Part shown: positions 52,251 through 61,169 of the stretch, piece after piece
How the letters are laid out: each line of letters starts with the position of its first letter
Numbering within the stretch: the stretch's first letter is position 1
Assembly: GCA_008632985.1 (NCBI GenBank)
Contig: QPGO01000313.1
Span: 1 to 61,169, forward strand
Direction: 5' to 3'
Length of the DNA: 61,169 nucleotides
From: Psammoneis japonica
Lineage: Eukaryota
The notes under the pieces: model-generated
The model's input: the letters and a program-made list of their open reading frames with translations, nothing else
What the model was told of the DNA's origin: nothing
The model's database searches: none
Position numbers and translations under genes: made by a program

Positions 52251-53168
52251 ATAGTGCGTCCTCAACTTTTCCAATTTTCCCTTTCGTACCTGTTGTTTCT
52301 TTTGCTGGAAGATCGTCACGCTCGAATATCACCGCGTTTCTGACTGAGTCGGAACAATGAAAGCAATCGCCTTGAACAATCCTAAGGTTTATTGATCTCA
52401 GCGAGCATGAGAGCGGAACTCTTGCCAAACGATACTCACTAATACCATTCCAGCACCATCTCTTGACTTCTACGCTTGAAAGTGTAGATAGCAAACCATT
52501 TTCTAGGATGAACCCTGATGACTGAAACCGCACAGTCAAAGTTGTGAGGTCATTCAGCACTGGTGATACATGTAGAAGTGTGTATCTCTCTTTTTCTTCA
52601 GCGTCATTCGATTCTGGTAGCCAGCCCACAACATCTCCCTTTGTTCTTCCTTGCTGGAGTGCTATTCCTGACGCCTGCACTCTTTAAGTACGTGTCTTCG
52701 CCTATCGAGTCAGCGATAGTACAAGGAACCGTCACTTACATCCGCTTGAAGGCTGCCTCTGAGGACACCCATCGGCATGATTCACTCTTTGGGGTGGAGG
52801 TAGACTATTTTATACTGGAGCCATGTCTTGTGACTGCTCTAATCTGAGATTTGGATTGAAGTGCAACATCGTCATATTTCTCTACTAAATATGGATAATA
52901 AGGTAGTGAGTAGTCCAAAGAATCAAGACCAAGCAGAGAAGCCAGGGGCGTCAATGCGGACAGACAATTGAGGCATGAAGTATGAACTCACGCGAAAGGC
53001 TCGAAACGGATACTTGTTGATAATGCACGAAAGCGCCTTGGCCTTGGCAAAATGAAGCAGTCCAACTGGACTGCGTCCCTCTCTTTGATACGAGCGATGA
53101 ACCAGAAACGTCCAGCACGTTTAACGTGACAGGATTGAAAGCATTTCGCTTGCAGCAGGAAATTACAA

Positions 53169-54220
53169 TGTTGGCAGTCGAGTCGGCCTGACTGAAACAA
53201 AAAACGGGCGCCTGCTGAAAGTCCGTGTAGCTGGGAGCCTTGGATGATGTTATCGTCAAGGAGGTAATGGGACCTGTTGTCGTTGAAAGGTTTCCATGTA
53301 GCTCGACAAAGTGAGACGAGAGTGACAATTCGGTAGTGAGCGTACAGTGAGTTGCAAGAAGCCCAAGCGCCTTAGCAGGAGCAGTTAGGAAACTCGTATT
53401 TCTCATTCTTTTGTCAACGTATGGTACCAGATGACCGATTCCTTCCGTGTGGATGCAGTGGAATGTTCTCAGCCTTGTTGAATGCGAGCAGGTTTGGAGG
53501 ATGCCGGAGAAGCAAGTTGGAGCGACTTCTCTGCGTAGAGGAATAGGCAGTTTGAAGCAAAAGGAAGTATAGATACCGACCGTATGTCCAAAGATAGCGT
53601 GAGAGAGAATGCTTAGCGAAGAGCGGCCCTTGATGCCTGATCTGAATCGCCTCTGGCCCTCTGGCAGCGCCATGCGCCATGGGTATCGTGACACGCGCCA
53701 CTGAGGTTTCATTCTTGTATGTTGAGAGGTGTTGGCAGTCGAGTCGGCCTGCTATCATAAAACATGCACGTACTGAAAGTCCATGTAGCTGGGAGCCTTC
53801 GATGATGTTATTGGCGAGGAGTTAGGGGACTTGTCGTCGTTGAAAGGTTTTCCAAGTAGCTCGACAAGGTGAGACGAGAATGACGATTCGGTAGTGAGCG
53901 TAAAGTGAGTTGCAAGAAACCCAAGCGCCGCAGCAGGAGCACTTATGAAACTCGTATTTCTCATTCTTTTGTCAACGTATGGTACCAAATGACTGATTCC
54001 TTCAGTGTGGATGCAGTAGAATGTTCTCAGCGTACCTTGTTGAATGCGAGCTGGTTAAGAGGATAAGTTGCAGCGACTTCTCTGCGTAGAGGAATGGACA
54101 GTTTGAAGCGAAAGGAAGCAAAGACTTAGCGAAAAGCGGCTGTTGGTGCCTCATCTGAATCGCCTCTGACCCTCTGGCAGCGCCATGGGTATTGTGGCAT
54201 GCGCCAGTGCTGTTTATTGT
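53169..54220. repeat. Diverged tandem duplication, period about 561 bp (53169-53715 / 53730-54220), of a decayed minus-strand coding fragment
   Basis: TGTTGGCAGTCGAGTCGGCCTG at 53169 and 53730; both copies encode VPYVDKRMRNTSF..AP..ALG.LATH.TLTTE on the minus strand. Confidence 0.9.
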
Positions 54221-54253
54221 TGCATCATGCGTATGTTGTGTTTTCATGATGCA

Positions 54254-55314
54254 TTAGAGACGCGCCGGTTTCATGTCTCGAATAATTTCAGCCGTGACCT
54301 CAGGATCAAAGCGTGAAAAGATCAGTTCCGAGTCCTCATCGTCCGTCACTGGATTCAATTTGCAAACAAACAAAATATTCTTGGGAGCCTTGATAACTAC
54401 CTACTCTACGGTATAAAAACGAAACACAGTGCAGCGGAGAGAAAAAGAAGCAGAACCACAGAACCACACAAGTGAATCATACTCACCGGCAGATGGCAAG
54501 TCCCCCAACACTTCCAAAACAACAGCACGCGATATGTCTTCTCGTTAATGATTCTCTTCTTCTCGTTGCCTGGCTTTTTCGTGAGTTTCGTCTTCCTACT
54601 TCTCTCCGTCCTCTTCATTTGCGTGAATGCGGTGCTCCACGACTTCTTCTGGAGGACGATAATGTATTCAGGAGGCGCCGTCACTGTATCATCTTCCAAA
54701 AGAACTCCACGACGTTTAAGCAAGTCTTTCCATTCCGGGAGGATCATCAAATGCATAATGAATCACAACGATGCACAATACGTTGTATATCCGCAAAAGG
54801 TCGTCCGTCGGCATCGCAATATACCGCTTGAATCTTGTCTAGCACACCGTCTTCATCCTCCGCCACGGTTCCCAACGACAAGAATGTTGTTGCTGTTGTT
54901 CGGCATTGTTGGGCGACGCCACCATGAGTCCATCCAGTGCTTGCAAAGGCCCCTGTTCCAACGTAACCATAACCTGAGATCCAATGGTATCAGGTATCCC
55001 ATTCATTTCAGTCGCCACGACCCTTCCTCGCTGTTGCAATTCCTCCTTGCTCAAGAAGCATCCTTTTGTTTTCAAAAAACGATTTTGACTCTCTTCGATA
55101 CTCGTATTGTTTGTTGTAGCGTCGATCAGTCCATATCATAGATACCGCCGCCGCCGGCAAAATGTTGTAAATCAGCGTGTTGGTGTATTACTTCTAGGTA
55201 AGATTAGTGGCGAGCGTTGGCTAATTTCAAAACATTACGAGCGAGCGCTGGATTCTCCTCGACATCCAATTCAATGACGACATCGCCAATTGAAGTTTCC
55301 AACAACAACGACAT
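54254..55314 (-). pseudogene. PPIL4: PPIL4/CYP59-like cyclophilin-RRM pseudogene, truncated inside the RRM, intron 54486-54406 retained
   Basis: Read across frameshifts: [107 protein letters not shown]; many stops and indels. Confidence 0.88.
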
Positions 55315-55439
55315 GCTTTTGTGGCAATGCTGTGCCAGCAGTTTCGAGTTGTTTTGTTGTTGATGTTGCGCGGTGTTCATTGTTCGTTTTCAGTGTTCAT
55401 TCAATCATGGAGCTGCTGCATGCACGCGCGCGGCTCGCG

Positions 55440-58330
55440 CGGCCCGTCTCGTTGGTGCTCCGCTGCGCCTCTGGGTGGATTCCTCTAAGTTGAGATGGAC
55501 TGGAATGGCTTTGCCAGCGGATGCGCAAGCCTCATTCCCAAACCCAAGCTGGAACGGCAGGGCCAGAGGGCAGGAGAGGTGGGAGCGTTGAACTGTCCAC
55601 TTGCGGCTCTTGCTCTTGCTGGTTGCTCTTCGGAAGAATGAGAAGAGGGGGTGATGAAGAGCAAGTGGCCGTTGCTCCAGTCTTGCAAACACGTGTTCAA
55701 ATTTTTAAACGACTGTGGGACAAGTGACCCAGTGGCCAGGAATGGGTCATTTCATCTCGTTGAACCTCCCAAGGTTGGCAGCTTGTGCTGCCCATCTCAT
55801 CAGTTCTCCTGCGCCTCTGCAGAGTGAGTGAGCGCAGGTGGGCTCTGAGTTGATGGACTGGAATGGCTTTGCTGGCGGATGCGCAAGCCTTGTTCCCAAA
55901 CCCAAGCTGGAACAGCAGGGCCTTCCAGTGCCACCACAGTGCAATGCACTTGAAGGCATGCACCACTGGGTGGGTGGGTGAGGCTGGGGGGCTGGGGTGA
56001 TCCAGCCCTGTGGATGTGGGACATTCATGGGGACGTCGGCGTTGGGATGGAGGACGAAGTCGCCTCCGGCCAGCATGTTGCAAGCAAAACTGTGCAAAAT
56101 TGGTTTGGCTTGCAGATGCAAGCAGTGCAACATTTTGTTGGATTGCCAATGGCCCAAGAGCCGAATGAGGTCTGTGTCGACCTTGGTGCAGAGGCAGGAG
56201 TGCCATGGCACCCGCTGCGTGAAGGCACTGAGCAGCGACATCTCGGGTGTTAAAGCCGGGATTTGCCAGACCACATGTGATGATGGCTGTGCGCAGAGTG
56301 CTTGTGATGTCAGCTGGTGACACCCAGTGCCGTGCATCATTGTGAAAATGGATGGCAAGGGGGTGTCAGGGAGCACGTTGTGAGATCAAAGTTGTCGGAC
56401 GTGCCGGACGAGTGCTTTGGCAGGGCACAAATTGGGGTGTCCCGAGAGGCTGAGTCCCAAAACTTCTCCACAGATGCCATTGTGCAGTGAAAGCAAGAGT
56501 GGCAAAGGTGGCAGTGTAAAGCTGAGCATTGGGGTCTTGGAGGGTGTCTAGATGGGCTCCTCTCCAGATGCCAGGCAGACGTTGGCAAGGCGGAACATGG
56601 TGTTGAAGGGGGTCACGGTGCATTCACTGGGATGCAGGAGGCAAAAGAAGGCAATGGCTGTCACATCAGCATCCACTTGAGTGCCTGCTGGGTCAGTGCT
56701 GTGGGGGTGGCAGCATGCATGATCCAGGTGAGGACAGCGATGGGGACCAGTTTGATGCGGTCTGGTGGCGGATCCTCTTTCTTGCAGTGATGGACTTGCC
56801 TGGCAAGTTGGAAATCCATGCCACCTCAGGGTGTGTGCCGCAGATCCGCAGACCCCATGGCAACAAACGTTTGGCCAACCAACCACACGGCATCCTCAGT
56901 GGTTCGTCCTCTAGTGGGATTGCCGTGCAGGGCAAGGATGCCAGCTTGGTGATGGTGGAGGAAGACTTGCAGGAAGACAATGGGGTCATTGATGTCTTGG
57001 AGTGATGGGTCAATGGCCAAAGAGGTGCAAAACTTGCACCATTTGTCCCAACGGGCATTGGTGATGGAGGCTCTGGAATCAGCAACACCATGGGCGACGC
57101 CGTGTTGAGCAGCATTGAGGTCACGAATGAACTCAGCCCAGATGGTGGCATCCAGAGGTGCCAGGAGAGTTTCTGCGGGTAAAAACGATTAAAGTGACAA
57201 AGGAAATCTCAGTTGGCAAGGGACTGAAGGTGTGAGGCATCATCATCAGCAGAGTTGAGGTGTCCAGGCCAACAATCATGCTGTCCAAGGTGGTGATGGC
57301 AACATTGGTGGAAGGCTTGATGTTGAAGAAGCTTGGAAGCTGGTTTGATGGTGGTGGAGGAGCCTTTGCATTGCCAGCGCATGGTGCCTGAGTTGTCAGT
57401 GCGCGAGAGGCCAGTGCACTCACAAATGTCAAAACAGTCCAGTGGGTGGTGGTGCAGGATTGGATGACGCTCCCAGCGAGTTCTAAATCAGTGTTGGCAA
57501 TGGGGCCACGTGGGTTGGTGCAGGTGGCAAGCTGGGAGGTCACACATTTGGGGAAAGGCATGCGCCAGACAACCGGTCCTGCATCGCACTGAGTGTGCTG
57601 TCAGTTGTTGCTAAAGCACAGGGTGGTGGCTCGCTGGACAGTGGCAGCAGTTGGGAGGAGCATGTCTCCAGCGCTGTGGCCGGCAACATCATGGCAGCCA
57701 GTGATGGTGGGTTGCAACAGAACCAGCTCCTGAGTGCGAATGGGTTGGGACTCCAGGGTTGGTTTGAGGTCACGAAAATTGTTTGGAGTGGAGTGGGAAT
57801 TGGATGTGATGCAGACTCTGGAGTCCAGAGCAGTGTGTTGGAGGTTCTCTTGAACCTCTGAGTGGAGACCGCGTGAACCCGGGATGGCAAGGCCGAGCAA
57901 GCACAGTTCACCTGAGAGCTTGTGGCAGTCTGTGGCGGTGGTGCATTTGCAGGTGCAAGGAAAATGCTGGTGCAGTGTGGTGCAAAGCCGTTCATGCCCA
58001 CAGGGCATGAGGTGGATGGTCATGGAGTTGGCATTGTTGATCCACCCCAGGACTTCTTTCTGCGTGGACCAAGTGGCATCACCCTGGCAAAGCTTCTTGA
58101 CAGAAACTGGCTCCTTGTGGGTGATGGGGTCTTGGGAGTCCTTGAGGGGCCAAAAGATGTCATCCAGTGTGTGTGGCATGATGTGACAGATGTGACGGCA
58201 TGCCTGTCAAGAGCCTTGGGAGGCACCAATGAAGTTGTTGACACAGATCTTGACACATCAGAGGCATTGAACAATGTGAGCCATCAAATTAAATGGTGGG
58301 CATGTGTGGCTCTGACAAGGGCACCGGATC
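55440..58330 (-). mobile_element. Degenerate DIRS/Ngaro-type tyrosine-recombinase retrotransposon (RT C-part, RNase H, YR, 3' repeats)
   Basis: RT CVNNFIG (58245-58225, from YVDDFIG), KEPVSVKKL..GDATWSTQKEVLGW; RNase H NTDLELAG; YR DPIVFLQVF..RTTEDAV..VGQTF, AFFCLLHPSECT, LHAAGAMALL, LIRLLGHWQSNKMLHCLHLQA. Confidence 0.9.
55494..55922. repeat. 71-bp direct repeat pair (55494-55564 / 55852-55922) downstream of the YR gene, probable split terminal repeats
   Basis: GATGGACTGGAATGGCTTTGC..GCGGATGCGCAAGCCT..TTCCCAAACCCAAGCTGGAAC.GCAGGGCC twice; weaker similarity extends about 50 bp upstream. Confidence 0.88.
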
Positions 58331-61169
58331 ATGTGCAAACAACTGGTTGCCATGACAAAGCTGGAGTGTGGCATTTTTCCAACAAACAACAAATTGCTCA
58401 CCAGCAGGCTGTGGCTCAGCTTGCCTGGACTGTTGTGTTGGTTGCATGTCATGATTGTGTGCTTTGATGCTTGCACAACAGCAGAAGGTTGAGCAGGACT
58501 TTCCCACACAAATTGAGTGCTTTGCTGTCATCAAGAGATCTGCTTTTGTCCAACAGGATTGAAAAGTGCTGCATCATGGCTGCTTGTCACATTGTGTCTC
58601 CCAGCCTCTGGCATGTGACAAACTCTCAGGAGGACAACACTGGACAGTGGCAAGCATTTTTTAATGATTGCTTCTTCATGATGCTTTTGTGCACCAGGCT
58701 GGTCTTGGCACCAGTGCAAGTTTTTAAAAAAACACACAGAAACCAGCAGGATGGACAGGTCAGATTGACATGCACATTTAGAGTGCTTGGAGTGAGCAGA
58801 TTGACATGCACATTGTTTGGGGTGCTTGGAGTGAGCTGTGGGGCAAAGATGATGGACAAGGCAAACCATGGCAACAGCACTTGTGTGCACCAGAATCAGG
58901 AACCAAGCAGCACCAGACAGCTGAAGCTGGGCCAGCAACCATTTGAGGCTGGTGATGGCATCATTTTGCACAAGACAGGGATCACCTGCATGATGATTTG
59001 GGTGGAAACCTTGCTCACTGAGTGTAAAGAACAAGGGAAGCTGGCTTGCAATGATGACAACAATTTGCCAGTCATTTGGGTTGGTGCCTCAAAGTGACAC
59101 CAGGACAGACCAGCCATTGTTGTCACTTGTTTTGCCATGCTGTTCTGTGTGCCATGAGTGTGGGCTGGTCTGCTGCTGCTGGTGTGTTGTTGCTGGCCAG
59201 AGGTGCAGAGTGGCACCAGAACAATTGATTTTGGTCCCATCATCTTCAGCTGTGCTTCTCCAATTGTGGCAGCTTTCTCAACATGGTTGCAGGCATGTTG
59301 TTTTGGGACTCTCGTGGCAAGCAATCAAGTGGCCAACACACTTTGAAAATGTGGAAACTTCTCAGCCCTTTTCTGCTGCCAGTTGAAACGGCACAGTTTC
59401 GCCAAAGTTTGTTGGTCCTCTGAGTCAGAAGCGGAGTGTGCTCTTTGGCGTGCAGAATTTTGGTCCAACAGACGATCAGATGATGATCACACTGATCTTT
59501 GTCCAGCTGCATGTGTGACATTTGATGAGTTCAATTTTGCACGCCGATGGTCAACTGTCATTTCTCAATGACTTTGGAAGTTGTTCATGATGCTGTGATG
59601 ACCACCGTCATGCATTGCAAGCTCTGTTGAGATGTCTCAGTCTGAGTCTTTTAAATTCCCCAAACCCACCCTGTGTTGTCTGTGGCACTGTTGGGTCCCT
59701 GGGGGATTGTTCATGTTTAGGAATGAAAATTTCCCAGGCCAAACCATTGGGTTTCAACATCAGACCATTTGTGTTTGGGATTGGAGCCCACAACCTGTCA
59801 TGAGGACTTGGCTCGATGAGTCATCACTCCAAGTTTGGCACATGTTGTGATGCTGCATTTTTTTGTGTTTTGTGGCACTGCTCAAGAAGGAAAGTTGGCC
59901 ATGATCTTGAGCAAATCTCAAACAGCAAGCAGCTGCTGCTTTTCAGCACAGGCAACTGGCATGTGAGGCATGTCTGAGTCCACAACACACCCACATCATG
60001 AGCTGCACACAACAAAGAGTGCTCCTCTAATCAAAGAACAGCACCTTGCAATAAAACTGCAACAGAGCATGCTGTGACTGAAGAGTGATTGTTGTTTTTG
60101 TGATCCCTTGGGCAACAGAAGGACCTTTTGTTTGAACATCAGGGTGTGACACAGTTTTCAGAGCACAGACAGACATGTTGAAGTGAAAGCAATGCAAATG
60201 GCTGTCAACAATGTGGTGAATCCACATTTGCAACTCACTCAAGATGGGTCTCATGCTCACTCTTTTTAGCTTCTGCCTGCACCAGGACAACATGGCAATC
60301 AGAGTGGAGCAGTGTTTGTGATCCACATGAAAAGTCTGGGGATTGGCAAGACTGAAAAGCAGAACAGTCAGCAAGCTGTGAAATTCGAACACAGAAGCCA
60401 AACTGAGTGGGAAGTCATTGAGAATCTAAAGGTGTGATTTGTGTTGATGGATTGTGGCAAATGAGCTGGCTGGACAAAGTGAGCAAAGAGACAGTCTCTG
60501 GAGAACCTTGCTGTGAGGAAGCTGTGAGGGTCTGCTGAAAGAGGGTGCAACAAAGTTGTGTCAAACAGGGAGAAACATCAACATGGGTGAGGATGCAACT
60601 GAGTGCAGAAGCACAAAAGATTTGAAGCAGAGTGGGTGCATGATGCCATTGCTGAGTCTGGCTGGTCGACAGGCAATGGATGCACAGAGACTGCTGCAAG
60701 GAGAACAATTGAGCATGTTGGAAGAGAGTTCTGGCCAGAGATGCAGGTGCTGGTGTCTTTGAGATGGGAGAACAAACCAGAGCAGCTGGGGTGGTGACCA
60801 TCTGGCAAAACTGCATTTGGGAGAAGAAGGACAAGGCAATGTGGAGAAAGCCACACAATTGCCACATGAAACAGGGTGCAATCTGCAAGATGCAGAAGAA
60901 GGTGAATTCATTTGATGCAATTGTGGGGCAGTGCATGACAAAGGCAGTCCATCACAAGGTTGAAGGAGTGTGACAGAGTTTGTGAGGGTTGCAAAGGAGT
61001 GGGACACAGTGGCCTTGTTGAAAATTCCCTGATCTTTTGTTCAATGCAAACAAGGGAATCTGCTTGCATGTTCAGGCTGCCAAAGCTTGGAAGCAGTTGA
61101 TGCGCGTTCATCAGGACAAAGAAGCAAGGAGTGCTTCAAGATTGTTGTGGTCACTTCGTGAGCATTGTT

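Larger units (their letters stand above)
55240..61169. other. TpA/CpG-depleted hypermutated tract 5 (runs off the window)
   Basis: About 21 TA by eye in 5.9 kb, nearly all TAA or TTA; CpG partly retained in 55240-57900 and rare beyond. Confidence 0.92.

Noticed and set aside
44011..55110. 200-bp inverted repeat pair as terminal inverted repeats of an 11-kb transposon
   Set aside because: The right copy is an internal part of a longer PPIL4 pseudogene that continues on both sides, and no TSD was seen.
16725..61169. Classical fungal RIP or plain CpG decay as the explanation of the tracts
   Set aside because: Both are C to T processes that preserve or increase TpA, whereas TpA is the most depleted step here and Tyr to Cys/His changes are visible.

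Overview
Eukaryotic, intron-containing, gene-dense DNA, most probably from a diatom (short GT-AG introns, bipartite signal+F plastid presequences, diatom-type tyrosine-recombinase retrotransposon). Host genes: an EGF-repeat membrane protein, a GDH homolog lacking its catalytic residues, a plastid prenylquinone methyltransferase, ABHD13, SMC4, glutathione synthetase, UDP-glucose dehydrogenase, a PCGF RING-RAWUL protein, NOT1, Hsp33 and a CXIP4-like protein. Also present: an intact Mutator-like transposase with a repeat-rich neighbour ORF, a frameshifted second DDE transposase, an AAA+ pseudogene, PPIL4 pseudogene fragments and local duplications. The standout feature is five sharply bounded tracts (about 16.7-18.25, 20.8-22.4, 26.5-27.8, 44.1-52.25 and 55.2-61.2 kb) in which TpA is almost absent, CpG is strongly depleted and TpG/CpA is abundant. 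Reverting only TG/CA to TA or CG restores exact catalytic motifs of a DIRS/Ngaro element (CVNN to YVDD, LLHPSECT to LLRPGEYT, GHWQSNKMLHCL to GRWRSDEMLRYL). This points to a region-targeted hypermutation process with an A:T to G:C component at TpA, opposite in direction to fungal RIP. All counts are by eye. Single-base frameshifts in SMC4 and NOT1 suggest the assembly has indel errors.
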